Shown here: positions 39,583 through 50,811 of the stretch, piece after piece
Layout of the letters: each line of letters begins with the position of its first letter
Position numbering within the stretch: position 1 is the first letter of the stretch
From: Sedimentisphaerales bacterium
GTDB taxonomy: Bacteria > Planctomycetota > Phycisphaerae > Sedimentisphaerales > Anaerobacaceae
Reading direction: 5' to 3'
Assembly (NCBI GenBank): GCA_963708075.1
Contig: OY970194.1
Coordinates: 6,592,001 to 6,656,000 of the forward strand
Length of the DNA: 64,000 nucleotides
The notes under the pieces: generated by a model
What the model saw: the letters and a program-made list of their open reading frames with translations, nothing else
Told to the model about the DNA's origin: nothing
The model's database searches: none
Made by a program: the position numbers and the translations under genes

Positions 39583-42253
39583 TCAATCCTGTACCCAGTA
39601 CATCGGTACCTCGCCGGGGATAGCGGTAGGTCCCGGGAGGCGATTGCCCATCAGGTCCAGTGCGTGATAGCCTTTCGGAATCGGCAGAGCCGAGGCGCCT
39701 GCTTTGCCAGCCCAAAGCACCACCACAGTTCGTCCGCGCGAACGAAACTCAAAGGCCTGCAACCACGCCGGCTCGGCCCGTTTGCCGACAAACTCCACAT
39801 CGGGACCTAGCAGCCGTGACAGAGCGGCTTGGGCGGCATACTGCTTGCGAGGCGCGCCGCCGTACTCGAAGAAGATATTCCCGGCGCTGCTCTGGTTCAA
39901 GGCATCACAGGTCCCCGCGTGGTAAAAGATTTTGCGTGTCCCGGTGGCGAGGAGGATCGCGGCGAACCTGACCAGATCTCCGGCGGCTCGCAACTCATTG
40001 GGACGTAGTGCGGAGTTCATCGAGCTGTCGCCGACGGTGAAGGGAGTGAACGGCGGGTCATCGTCGCCGTAGCACCCGATCTCCGTGACCCAGATGGGCT
40101 GCGTCGAGCCCTTTGCCTTCATGTGTTCCGAGCACTTGCGGAACGCGCCCTCATAGGCATCCGGCCGGCCGCGATGCGGGTAGAGATGCAGGTTCATGGC
40201 GTCGCACCACCGCAGGCCATCCTGCTCGATGAACTCGTCCACCCATTTGGAGTCCGGCGGGCAGGCAATGCCGCCAATGACGACGCACGCCGGGTCCGCC
40301 GCTTTCGCTGCCTCGAACGCCGTGCGCAGGAGAGAGACGTAATCGGCCGTGGCGTAACCGAAAGAGGATGGAACCGCGTAGGTCGTATAAAGGGGCTCGT
40401 TGAGAATCTCGAAGACGCGAATCCGCCCTCGGTAGTGCTCGATGGTGGCTTGCACGTACGCCGCGAAATCCTCCGGACGCTGCGGCTTGTGGGCGACGAC
40501 GAGACGCTCCTGGAGATAGCGGTCGTTTCCCGCGCCGGCTTTGATCTTCTCCATGTCCGGCTTTGTCGCCCAGGGCGCTGATGGGAAGGGCAGCAGCACG
40601 AGCACCTGTCCCTGCACATCCAGCACGCGCTCGATCTGGGCATCGGGGACATGGAAATCGAACGCACCCGGTTGAGGCTGGATCGTGTGCCATTTCACCG
40701 ACCAGTCACGCCACCAGCGAATCCCGGCGTCGTGCGAGAGGCGCAGCAGAAACTCCCATGAGAAGGCGTGATTCATGCCGAACAGGCTGTCGGGCTCCGG
40801 CGAAGGCTCGATCACGGCACATCGTAGCGTCTGAGCAAGCCCGTGCTGTGGCTGCCACTGCAATTGGAAGAACCCTCGCTGTCCAGCCAGCACCCGGTCG
40901 TATTCTATCTGCGTGGCCTGCTTCGGCTCGATGGACTGTTTCACCTCCTGATGCCAAACAGGCCGGTCAAGATAGTCCAGCAGGGTCAGCGTGCCGGTCA
41001 GCGTTTGGGCCGTGTCCGCTGCGTTGAAAGCCCGCAGGCGAAACATCAGTCCGGCCTGTGGATTTGTGAAGATGTTGCCGGTCTTCTCGGTTTCCACCTG
41101 CGCTTCCAAGGGATGCCTCGGTCGATAAGGGGAAGGCTCCTTGCCCTGCTCCCACTGAATCGCATCCAGCCAGAGAGTGCCTTCCGCTTTCTGTGCCTCG
41201 TGCAGGTCCAGGCCTGCGAAGCCGCAGGCGAAGTCCGTTTCGGCGGTGAAGGCGAGTTGAACCCGCGTCCAGTCCTGCCCCGCGGAGAAGGTCTGCTGCA
41301 CCCTGCGTCCGTCGGCCTGCCAGATGACCATGCGCACGGGCATGTTGGGACGATCCGCGGCGACGTAGGCCGAGAATACATACGATTGTCCACGCTCCAC
41401 CGGGACCCAGCCCTCGTGCCCGACAAGGAGAGTCTTGACGGGTGACCGGATCGGGTCGAAATAATCGAAGTAGCATATCGGAAGCGTCTGGGGCGAGAGG
41501 GACAGTTTCCAACTGTGCCGGCCCTCGAAGGCCCGCTGGTCGTCGCATTCGCCGAGCAGGCGGAACACCTGGCCGCCCCAGCCGGGCAGGTCCGGGGCCC
41601 AGCATCCCCAGCCGGTGCCGCCACATTCGAATCCGCTGTTGGGCAGCGCGTTGGTCACGCCCGTCATGGGCAATTGAGGATGCCACTGGCGGCGAAATTC
41701 CGCGATAGGCTCCAGCGTGGCGTCGTCCAGGTAGAGTGTGCCTGTGCCCGAGAACCAGATTTGGAGTCGGCTATCCTGCGGTTTCAGGTCGCTTTTCGCG
41801 CGGAAGAAGAACTCGAATTCCTCCCATGCCTCGCGAGGGGCGAAGGAATCGGCGAGCCCGACATTGTCCCACTGCCGCCGGTTGACCATGGCCACCTGCG
41901 CACTTGCGGACTCCAGGTTCTCCGCCCGTGCCCACAGGCGCAGGCGGTACCACTGCCCGGCCCGCACGCCCACGCGATCCAACTGTGCGAGCATCGCGTG
42001 GCTGTCGGGAAAGCCCGGCACAAAGCGGGTGCAGTCCAGTTTCACAACCTGTCCCCGCTGCGGATCGGTGACCACGCTCAACCGCTGCTCGATGCCTGCC
42101 CGCCCGGAGGTTCCCCATCCGTCGGGAATGCCGTCTTTATCCGCATCCTGCTCGAAAGAGCCGTTGAAGATGAGCGCATCGGTCTGAGCTCTTCGCGATC
42201 GCTGCCGGCACCAGGAATGTCGTGAGGCATAGGATGCGTATCGATGTTGTCAT
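39583..42253 (-). CDS. Clan GH-A (GH39/GH5-like) glycoside hydrolase with two CBM4/9-like domains (frameshift at ~42180)
   Basis: NGSFE and NSGFE CBM starts; FGMN, EILNEP, HLYP, IWVTE. Signal peptide from ATG 42253 is in another frame. Confidence 0.75.
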
Positions 42254-42353
42254 GGTCGCCTTCTTTCACGAAATATGTGGCCGAGTGTTTCCCGGCTGTG
42301 TACATTCTACACCAGGTGTCGCTGAGTTGACAGAGATCGATGAAAGGGTTGAT

Positions 42354-43217
42354 GTGTCGTTGCCTGTAGGGAGAATCGGACGCGTGAGTATCAGCCGCCT
42401 GATCTGCGGGTCGAATCCGATCATCGGCAGCGCCCATGACCGGGACTTGATTTACATGGCGGCTTTGATGAGGCACTACTTCACGGATCGCAAGATCATG
42501 GACCTGTGGGAAACGTGCGAGCAGTGCGGCATCAACACCATGATCGGACCCGTGAACAGCCCTGCCGCGTATGGCGAAGATCCCACCATGCGGGTGTATG
42601 GCCAGTACCGCAAGGAGCGGAGCGGGAAGATTCAGTGGATTGCCCAGACGTACCCGGACGCCGCCGACCTCACCAGCTCCATCCAGAAAGCTGTGGATAA
42701 CGGTGCGGTTGGCGCGTTCATCCTGGGCAATATCGCCGACCGCTGGGTCCAGCTCAATCAGATCGACCTTTTCGCGAAGACCGTTGAGTTCATCCGGAAG
42801 AACGGCTTGATCGCCGGGACGGCGGGCCACGCACTCGAGGTCCCGATGACGTTACAGAAGGCCGGCATCGACGTCGATTTCTACATGAAAACCCTGCATC
42901 GTGACGACTACTGGTCCGCCACGCCCGAGGCGGAGCGTCCCGCACAAGGTCTGCCGTCTCACGACAACATGTGGTGCGCCCGCCCGGCGGCGACTATTGA
43001 GTTCATGAAGACCGTAAAGAAACCTTGGATTGCCTTCAAGGTCCTGGCGGCGGGAGCCATCCATCCGCGAGACGGGTTTCGATTCGCCTTCGAGAACGGG
43101 GCGGACTTCGTTAATGTGGGCATGTTCGATTTCCACGTCCGCGAGAACGCAATCCTGGCGGGCGACATCGTAGCCGAAGTCACCCACAAAGGCCGCAATC
43201 GACCGTGGCTCGCATGA
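42354..43217 (+). CDS. Aldo/keto-reductase-like TIM barrel hypothetical protein
   Basis: LPVGRIGRVSISRLICGSNP, KPWIAFKVLAAG, GMFDF. Confidence 0.6.
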   Translation: MSLPVGRIGRVSISRLICGSNPIIGSAHDRDLIYMAALMRHYFTDRKIMDLWETCEQCGINTMIGPVNSPAAYGEDPTMRVYGQYRKERSGKIQWIAQTYPDAADLTSSIQKAVDNGAVGAFILGNIADRWVQLNQIDLFAKTVEFIRKNGLIAGTAGHALEVPMTLQKAGIDVDFYMKTLHRDDYWSATPEAERPAQGLPSHDNMWCARPAATIEFMKTVKKPWIAFKVLAAGAIHPRDGFRFAFENGADFVNVGMFDFHVRENAILAGDIVAEVTHKGRNRPWLA

Positions 43218-43222
43218 TGGCG

Positions 43223-44331
43223 TCAGACCTTCAGAAACGCGCGATGGCGATACAGGAAATGCAGGAATAGCCATCGGATCATCAAGGCACCGAAGGGTAA
43301 GAGCAGCGGCGCAATCAGTCCTGCATGTTTAGCGACGCCGCCGAGGAAGAATTCCGCTATCCCTTCGAAGTCCACAAATCGCTGCAGGAAGTAGATCGTG
43401 ATGGCGTTCATCCCGATGACAACGAAGAAGAACGACCACCGACGGTACCCTTGTACGTCGATAATCCAGTAGAACAGGGCCAGCAACAAAAGGCTCAAGC
43501 CACCGGCGAACAATACGTAGGAGCTGGTCCAGAGAATCTTGATGATAGGGAAGAACTGCCCCCAGATCAGTCCGGCGGTCAGGGCCACGATGCCCGCCAG
43601 AGCCAGTCCCGCCGCCTTGCGCGATCCGGAGCGATCGGACCGAAGCCAATGTCCGGCCAGCGCACCAGCAGGGCGGTGCAGATCGCGGGCAAAGTCGAGA
43701 TCGCGCCCTCGTTGTCGCCGAACTTGTAGTACAGCACGCCCGGGATCAACTGCTGATCGACATAGGAGGACAGGCAGCCCTTCATCGTAAGATCGCCGGC
43801 GGCGCAACCAGGAGCCGGGACCAGCATGGTGACTCCCCAGTACAGCAGCAGGATGGTCGACGCGACGATGGCCTGGGTCCGCCATTTCGTGTGGATCACC
43901 AGCAGGGCGGCGAAGAAGTAACACAGGCCAATCCGCTGGAGCACGCCGGGCCACCGCATGTGGGACCAGTCGAAACGCAGCAGGCCGTTGGCGATCAAGC
44001 CGAGGAGAATCAGTACGGCCGTTCTCTTGATGACATGCAGGTGGATTCGGGCAAAGCTCTGCCCCCGCTGTACGCGTCCGGCCAGTGAGAAGGGCAGCAC
44101 CACCCCGACGAGGAAGATGAACAGCGGGAATATAAGGTCCTCGAAACGAAAACCTTCCCACTCGACGTGTTCCAGTTGCTGGTCGATGGTCCGTGTGATC
44201 GGATGGTCCCACACGTGGACAAGGCTCTGGAGAAGAGTCCCGCCGCCGATGATCCAGAACATGTCGAAGCCGCGCAGTGCATCGATGGAAAGCACGCGAT
44301 TGCTTCCCGACCCCTTCTGTTCATTATCCAC
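43223..44331 (-). CDS. DUF5009 / HGSNAT-like membrane acyltransferase (frameshift at ~43662)
   Basis: SIDALRGFDM, DLIFPLFIFLVG, PGVLQRIG, PIIKILWTSSYVL, IGMNAITIY. Confidence 0.85.
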
Positions 44332-44355
44332 AGGTCGTCCCCTTTGCTTTGCACG

Positions 44356-45630
44356 TTACTCAGGCAGAATGATGTCCGATGGCAGTTGTCCCACGGCCAG
44401 CCGGGAGAACCTCTCGCCGTATTGGGTGAAGCCGGGCACAAAGCCGCCGTGGGAGAGGAAGAACTGCCCGTTCTCCACGCCCATGAAGCGGTCGAGCCGG
44501 TCGGCTTTGCCTGTCCCGTCGTGGCTGAAGCTCGCCGTGATCAGCTCGGTCCACCGGTCGTCGACCGTGCGAATCCACTGGTTGCCGTAAAGGGCCTTGC
44601 GAAGCACATGGCCGTTGGCGCCCCCGAAGTTCTCGCTGAAGCTGTACAGGCCTCGCAGATAGCCGCCTTCCTTCGGGGCGTTCCAACTGGAGATGAGGAA
44701 CCACTGCTTCTTGTCCGGATGGAAGTAATAGCCGGAGTAGATCGTGTGCGTGGCGTCGGTGGGCTTGGCTGTGACGATGAATCGCTGCTTCTCGCCGGTC
44801 TTCCACGGGTACACCATGTGACTGTGCCCGCCCGTGCCCTCATTGCCGAAGTCGCCGGCATACACGCCCTCGCCCTTGGCGACGAGTTTCACGCGATTTT
44901 CATCGGCGACCTTTCCGCGATCGACGGCCTCGCCGCCGCTGTCCCAGACGCTGAAGATGATTCTGCGCTCGGTCGGGCTGTTGACCTGCATGCCGAAATA
45001 GCCGCGATGCCAGCCGCAGGCCATGTAATACGTCCAGACCGGGTCTTCCAGGCCGGTCATTTCGCAATAGAACGCATCGACCTTCTTGTCCTTGTCCACA
45101 GGATAGGCAAGGTGTACCGAAGCGGCATTGCGGCGGGATTTCAGGTTGAAATGCGCATCCTGCGTCGCCGGACCATCGAGGATCAGCGTGTCGAGATCGC
45201 CGAAGGGCCGGCCTTGTGGGTTGAGCGACTCAAGCGTGAAACGCTGGTACCCGGCCTGGGCGATATCGAACGAACCGAAATCGGCGGTGACAAGCTCAGA
45301 GCCGCCGCCATTGACCGATGCCTCCTGTGACTGGCCCGCGACGGTCAGACGCAGCTTTGATGTCGCGTCCTGGGGGAGCCTTAAGACCACGGAACACTTG
45401 AGCTCGCCGGGGGTCCTGATCTGGCCGAACCAGAGTACCTTCAGTGCCGGATCATCCCAGCGGGTAATCCCTGAGCGTGCGGAGACTCGTGCGTCATCCA
45501 CATTCGGATCGACGTAGGCGGTAAAAGCCGGGATGCGCAGTTCAGCCGCTGCCGCAGCAGCCGTGACGAGGACGAGAACTGCAACCATCTGCAACAACGA
45601 TAGAGAGTGACTTTGCGGTTTTCTGTTCAT
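44356..45630 (-). CDS. DUF5077/DUF3472 domain secreted protein
   Basis: ASVHLAY, GYFGMQVNSPTERRIIFSVWD, FGNEGTGG, YSFSENF. Confidence 0.8.
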   Translation of the reverse strand: MNRKPQSHSLSLLQMVAVLVLVTAAAAAAELRIPAFTAYVDPNVDDARVSARSGITRWDDPALKVLWFGQIRTPGELKCSVVLRLPQDATSKLRLTVAGQSQEASVNGGGSELVTADFGSFDIAQAGYQRFTLESLNPQGRPFGDLDTLILDGPATQDAHFNLKSRRNAASVHLAYPVDKDKKVDAFYCEMTGLEDPVWTYYMACGWHRGYFGMQVNSPTERRIIFSVWDSGGEAVDRGKVADENRVKLVAKGEGVYAGDFGNEGTGGHSHMVYPWKTGEKQRFIVTAKPTDATHTIYSGYYFHPDKKQWFLISSWNAPKEGGYLRGLYSFSENFGGANGHVLRKALYGNQWIRTVDDRWTELITASFSHDGTGKADRLDRFMGVENGQFFLSHGGFVPGFTQYGERFSRLAVGQLPSDIILPE

Positions 45631-45712
45631 GGCACTATACTATCCGCTGACCGCCGACGCATCAAGCGGACGTGTCATATGGAGAACAGTGTCGCCGTAT
45701 GAAGAAGGGGCA

Positions 45713-47668
45713 ATGATGAAGGACTTCTCTCTGTTTCTCTGCACAATCATCTTGAGTCTCACGACCGGGGTCGGGGCGGAGAACGACCTGTGGCGGGACC
45801 CGCAGCCGATCTCGCGGAGCCTCCCGGCCATTACCGCTGACCATCCAGGTAATGTCTTCGCTGCCGGTGAGCCCATGACGATCAAAGTCCCTCGGGACCT
45901 TCCAGAGCAAGCAGTCCGCTGGCAGGCGGTTGACGACAGCGGGGCGGCTATCGCACGGGGCGAAGTTGTTCGCGGTGAGGCGGCCGTGGTGAATCCTGGC
46001 AGCCTGGGCATCGGCTGGTACCGGCTTGATTTCCTCGACGCATCCGGCAAGGTCCTTGCGCGGACCACGGCCGGGGTCCTCTCGCCTCTATCTGTCCCGA
46101 CGCCGCAGGACTCGCCTGTCTGCATCGATTCGGCGACCTCCTGGTTTGCGCCGAGTGACGCGCCCAGGCAGGAGCGTTTCGCGTACCTGGCTGCGCTGGC
46201 AGGGGTGAACTGGATACGCGACCGCATGAGCTGGGGCGAGCTTGAGACCAGCCCGGGTGTTTTTGCGCAGAGCACAACTTACGACAGTGCCGCAACTCTC
46301 CAGGCCAAATACGGCCTGAAGGTCCTTCAGGTCTTTCATCTTACCGCCGAATGGGCGACGGATCGCCAACTCGACGGCGAGCGTCCCTCGGGCCGTTTCC
46401 CCAGGGACCTACGGCAGTTCTACAACTTCCTCAAGGTGATGGCGCAGCGATACGAGGGCCGTGTCCTCGCGTGGGAACCGTGGAACGAGGCGAACATCCC
46501 CATGTTCGGCGGGCATACCATCGATGAGATGTGCACTCTTCAGAAGGCGGCGTACCTGGCGTTCAAGGCCGCCAAGCCGGACTTGACGGTCTGCTGGAAC
46601 GTCTATGCGGAGTCGGGGACACCGCTCCACGTTCAGGGCGTTCTCGACAACGAGGCTTGGCCCTACTTCGAGACCTACAACATCCACACATACACCAAGC
46701 CCGACGATTACCTGAACGCATTCGCCCCGGCTCGCCAGGCCGCTTGCGGCCGGCCCATCTGGCTGACCGAGTGCGGGATCGGCCTGCCTTGGCAGACCGA
46801 GCGGCCCTGGAGCGAGCTATCGCCCGAGGACGAGCGGCGACAGGCCCAGTTCATCGCCACATCCTACGCCAGCAGTCTCTTTGCCGGTGTCAACCGCCAT
46901 TTCTTCTTCATCCTGGGCAACTTTGCGGAGAACAAAATCCAATTCGGCATCCTGCGCCACGACCAGACGCCGCGTCCGGGGTACGTAGCCCTGGCGGCAG
47001 TAGGACGCTTGCTTGCCGGCGCCAGACCTCTCGGACGACTCATCCTCGAGCAAAGTTCCGATGCACGGATCTATGCCTTTCGAGCTACCCCTGACGGCGT
47101 AGAGCGTGACGTCCTTGTGGCCTGGGCCAACAAGCCGACGGAAGTCTCCTGGCCTGCAGGGCTGTCACCCCAAGCCATGTACGATTATCTCGGCCGGCCC
47201 GTCACGACATCCTTGCCCGCCAGCCTGACTCCCTCGGCCTTCTTCGTCGTGCTGCCGGCGGGCGATGCCACAAAGCTCACGCTGCAACCGCCTGCATCGG
47301 TCTCCGGCCCGCGTTCCGGTGGCGTTTGTCCTGTCGTTCTCCAGCTTCAAATGCCGCAATCGGCAACCCATCTCGATCAGCAGGCCCACGTGATCCCGCC
47401 TGCGACGCAGACAGAGCTCAGACTATTCGCCTACAACTTCAGCGGCGAAAAGATCGCGGGGACCATCACCGCGCAGCAGATACCCGCCAACTGGCAAGTT
47501 ACTCCCGCAAGTTGGACCGTGACCCTCGACCCGATGGAACGCAAGGCCTTGCCTGCTCAGGTTGCCATCCCGCCTGGCGGCAGCGCCGACGGGATCAAAC
47601 TGCAGGGCGATTTTGGCTTGGCGGGCCGGTCAGTCCTTGCATTCCGCCTCATGGTCAAAGAGAATTGA
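45713..47668 (+). CDS. Clan GH-A (GH39-like) glycoside hydrolase
   Basis: GVNWIRD, WEPWNEAN, NIHTY, IWLTECG, RPGYVAL. Confidence 0.75.
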   Translation: MMKDFSLFLCTIILSLTTGVGAENDLWRDPQPISRSLPAITADHPGNVFAAGEPMTIKVPRDLPEQAVRWQAVDDSGAAIARGEVVRGEAAVVNPGSLGIGWYRLDFLDASGKVLARTTAGVLSPLSVPTPQDSPVCIDSATSWFAPSDAPRQERFAYLAALAGVNWIRDRMSWGELETSPGVFAQSTTYDSAATLQAKYGLKVLQVFHLTAEWATDRQLDGERPSGRFPRDLRQFYNFLKVMAQRYEGRVLAWEPWNEANIPMFGGHTIDEMCTLQKAAYLAFKAAKPDLTVCWNVYAESGTPLHVQGVLDNEAWPYFETYNIHTYTKPDDYLNAFAPARQAACGRPIWLTECGIGLPWQTERPWSELSPEDERRQAQFIATSYASSLFAGVNRHFFFILGNFAENKIQFGILRHDQTPRPGYVALAAVGRLLAGARPLGRLILEQSSDARIYAFRATPDGVERDVLVAWANKPTEVSWPAGLSPQAMYDYLGRPVTTSLPASLTPSAFFVVLPAGDATKLTLQPPASVSGPRSGGVCPVVLQLQMPQSATHLDQQAHVIPPATQTELRLFAYNFSGEKIAGTITAQQIPANWQVTPASWTVTLDPMERKALPAQVAIPPGGSADGIKLQGDFGLAGRSVLAFRLMVKEN

Positions 47669-47733
47669 CTCATCGAATTCGCACTGTTTGTCACGGCGTA
47701 GAATATGAACAGGAAATTGGGGAAGAGGCTTGT

Positions 47734-49404
47734 ATGAAGACGAATCGCTCGGCAGTATTCCATCAGATTACGATTTGGACGGCCTTGTTCGTGTGGTGTG
47801 TCTGCTCAGTGCAGGCGACAGGGCAGGAGTTCCGGCGGTTGCCGGTCAAGGAGTACCGCGACAAGATGAAAGCCGGCTGGATCGGCCAGATCTTCGGCGT
47901 CTCCTGGGGTGCGCCGACCGAGGGCCGATATCAGAAGATCATGCCCCTGGAGAACATGCCGCCGTTCAGCGAGGACCTCATCAACGACGCCTTCGGGCAG
48001 GACGATCTCTACGTGGAAATGACCTTCCTGCGGACTATGGAGGAGTACGGATATGATGTCCCTATTCGCCAGGCGGGCATCGATTTCGCCAACAGCGGCT
48101 ATTCGCTCTGGGTTGCCAACGCGGCGGGACGGGGCAACCTGCGCAACGGGATCGCACCGCCTGACTCCAGCCATCCGAAATTTCACGACTGTGCCGGCGC
48201 GATCGACTACCAGATCGAAGCGGATTACTCGGGCCTGATTGCGCCGGGCATGCCGGATGTCGTCATCGCACTGGGTGAGAAGTTCGGCCGGCTGATGAAC
48301 TACGGCGACGGTGTGTACGCCGGCCAGTTCATGGGCGTGATGTACGCCGAGGCATTCTTCGAAAAGGACGTGATGAAGCTCATTGAAGCGGGCCTGAAAG
48401 CCATTCCCCCCGAATCCCTCTACGCCGGCATGGTCCGTGACATGCTCCAGTGGCACAAGGAGAATCCGACCAATTGGGAAAAGACGTGGGAACTGGCGGA
48501 GAAGAAGTACAACCAGGACAAGAACTACAATATCAGTGCCCTCGACGTGAAGCGCGAGGGCGCCTGGGTCCTGATGGGCCTGCTCTACGGCAATGGCGAT
48601 CTCGATCAAACGATCATCATCTCGTGCCGGTGCGGATTCGACAGCGACTGCAATCCATCCTCCAGCGGCGGCATCCTGTTCACCACGCGCGGCGTCTCGA
48701 ACCTGCCCGACAAGTACTATCGCAAGCTCGACGAGACGAAGATCTTCAGCCACACGGCCTACAACTTCCCTAGGCTTCTGGACGTCTGCGAGAGACTGGC
48801 CCGCCAAGGCCTTGCACGAGTCGGCGGGCGAGTCGAGAAGGACGCCAATGGTGAAGAGGTCTTCATCATCCCGGTCAAGACGCCAACGCCGAGCAAATTC
48901 GAGGACCTGAAGAACCCGGGCCCGATCGCCGGCAGCGTCTTCAGTGATGCAGAGATGGCCAGGATTCAGAGCCCCGGCCTGAAATGGGCGTCCAAGTACC
49001 TGGACGGCTGGACGCTGACGAACTGTGATCCCGGCCAAAGCTTCATGCTCCGGGAATCTCAGGGCCGCAAGAACGTATTTGTGCTCAGAGGTCTCAGCAA
49101 GGACGCCAAAGGCTACGTGCTCGCCAAGACGGTGACCCCGCCTGCCGGCAGTGCAGGGACACTGGAATTCTCCGCGGCCCGCGACGCGAAGCCGAGTGGC
49201 TGGAAGATCAGCGTGAAGGCCGACGGCAAAGACATCGGCGGAGCAACGGTGAAAGAGGGATGGGCACAAGTCACATCCTCGTTGCCGGACAATGCAGGGA
49301 AACCCCTGGCGGTGGAGATCACGATGGAGCCTGTGAAACCGCTTGGTGAAAAGCCGGGCCCACTGCCTCTGAGCATCACCGTCCCAACGCTTGTGAGTCG
49401 CTGA
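47734..49404 (+). CDS. Secreted ADP-ribosylglycohydrolase-family protein
   Basis: GWIGQIFGVSWGAPTE, QDDLYVE, IDYQIEAD, DSDCN. Confidence 0.82.
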   Translation: MKTNRSAVFHQITIWTALFVWCVCSVQATGQEFRRLPVKEYRDKMKAGWIGQIFGVSWGAPTEGRYQKIMPLENMPPFSEDLINDAFGQDDLYVEMTFLRTMEEYGYDVPIRQAGIDFANSGYSLWVANAAGRGNLRNGIAPPDSSHPKFHDCAGAIDYQIEADYSGLIAPGMPDVVIALGEKFGRLMNYGDGVYAGQFMGVMYAEAFFEKDVMKLIEAGLKAIPPESLYAGMVRDMLQWHKENPTNWEKTWELAEKKYNQDKNYNISALDVKREGAWVLMGLLYGNGDLDQTIIISCRCGFDSDCNPSSSGGILFTTRGVSNLPDKYYRKLDETKIFSHTAYNFPRLLDVCERLARQGLARVGGRVEKDANGEEVFIIPVKTPTPSKFEDLKNPGPIAGSVFSDAEMARIQSPGLKWASKYLDGWTLTNCDPGQSFMLRESQGRKNVFVLRGLSKDAKGYVLAKTVTPPAGSAGTLEFSAARDAKPSGWKISVKADGKDIGGATVKEGWAQVTSSLPDNAGKPLAVEITMEPVKPLGEKPGPLPLSITVPTLVSR

Positions 49405-49417
49405 GATACGCCGGCGG

Positions 49418-50782
49418 TCACCAGCCGGGGTCTGGTCGAAGCTGGGCCTTGAGTCCTTTGGGGCCGACAATGTAGATCGGGCTTTCGCCCAGGGGCACGC
49501 TCAGGTTCTTCGTTCGTACCGGATCATGTGGCACGAAGCGACGCGTCCCGAAGATGTCGTAGAACGTCAGTCCTTGCGGGTTGTTGACGCGAATATATGC
49601 ATAGGGCTTCGTGCTCCAGGCGACCATCAGGTCCCGCTCCGAACCATCCTCACTGAAAACCGCGGCATACACGTCGGGGCCAAAGCAATCGTTGCGCTGC
49701 GGGCGTTTGCCTTCGAGCATGCGCGTCATCCACGCGCAGGCATAATAGGAGTACTTCGGCGTCAGGTCATCGCGCACCAGGCCCACCATGTCGGCCTGGT
49801 CGAATTGCCTGTCGCCGCCGTCCTTGAGCGTCCACCAGAACACCTTGTCGACTCTGCCCGACGCCAGGGCCAGCACGTGAAAACGCACGAGCATGTCCGC
49901 CTGCCGCAGCTCGGATGTCCCGTAGGGGTGTATGTGCGAATTCCAGCAAATCTCTGTGATCCAAAGGGGCTTGGGCTCGCCGAACCGGCGCATCACTTTG
50001 ACAAGCTCCTCCGTCTGCTCCAGGAAGCTCATGCGAATGAGGGGATAATCCGCGGTCAGGTCGTGCTTGTGCCAGCTCTTGACGTACTGATCCAGCTCCC
50101 ACCAGTCGAATCGCTCCTCCGGGGCTGAGGGCGGCCTGTAGGGGTGAAAACAGGCGATGTCGAAAGAATCATACGGCACGGCCTTCAATATCTTCTCAGC
50201 CCAGAGCACGTCACAGAACGCCATGTTCAGGCCGAGCACCTTGGCATTGGGATTAGCCGCATGAATCGCGGCACCCGCGGCGGCTAATAGACGTGCATAT
50301 TGTTCCGGCGTCCCCTTCCAGAAACCGCCATTGGGCTCGTTCCAGATCTGCCAGTCATCGATCTTGCCTGCGTACCGTTTCACCGCGGCACGGGCGAAGG
50401 CGCAGTAAGCCTCGACACCTTCCGGAGTAAGAGGGTCGTGGAATGGAGGGCTGTACGCAAGATTGCCGAATAGGAGCAGCCCGTGCGCCCGGCACATCTC
50501 CACCAGTTCATCATGAGCTTTCCAGTCGTATAGTCCCGGCTCGCGCTCGATCTGCCTCCAAGTGAAATCCTGCCTACCCCATTTGATGCCCGCGTCCTGC
50601 ATCAGCTTGAGCCGTGCCTCGATGTCGGCCGCGCCAGGCCGAAACGCCGTGTTGATGCCGAAAGGCGATGCGGGACACAATTGGTCGGCGAATCGATGCG
50701 GCGGCAAATCCACGCGAAAGCTCCCGGCGACCGCTGGCGCCTGTAGCAGCATTACGGCGACGAGTGCGATTCTTTTGAACAC
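49418..50782 (-). CDS. Clan GH-A (GH39-like) glycoside hydrolase
   Basis: SPFGIN, WQIWNEPN, FHPY, LWITE; GGAGG RBS before GTG 50782. Confidence 0.8.
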   Translation of the reverse strand: MFKRIALVAVMLLQAPAVAGSFRVDLPPHRFADQLCPASPFGINTAFRPGAADIEARLKLMQDAGIKWGRQDFTWRQIEREPGLYDWKAHDELVEMCRAHGLLLFGNLAYSPPFHDPLTPEGVEAYCAFARAAVKRYAGKIDDWQIWNEPNGGFWKGTPEQYARLLAAAGAAIHAANPNAKVLGLNMAFCDVLWAEKILKAVPYDSFDIACFHPYRPPSAPEERFDWWELDQYVKSWHKHDLTADYPLIRMSFLEQTEELVKVMRRFGEPKPLWITEICWNSHIHPYGTSELRQADMLVRFHVLALASGRVDKVFWWTLKDGGDRQFDQADMVGLVRDDLTPKYSYYACAWMTRMLEGKRPQRNDCFGPDVYAAVFSEDGSERDLMVAWSTKPYAYIRVNNPQGLTFYDIFGTRRFVPHDPVRTKNLSVPLGESPIYIVGPKGLKAQLRPDPGW

Positions 50783-50811
50783 GGCGGCACCTCCATAGAA
50801 ACGGGAACAAA

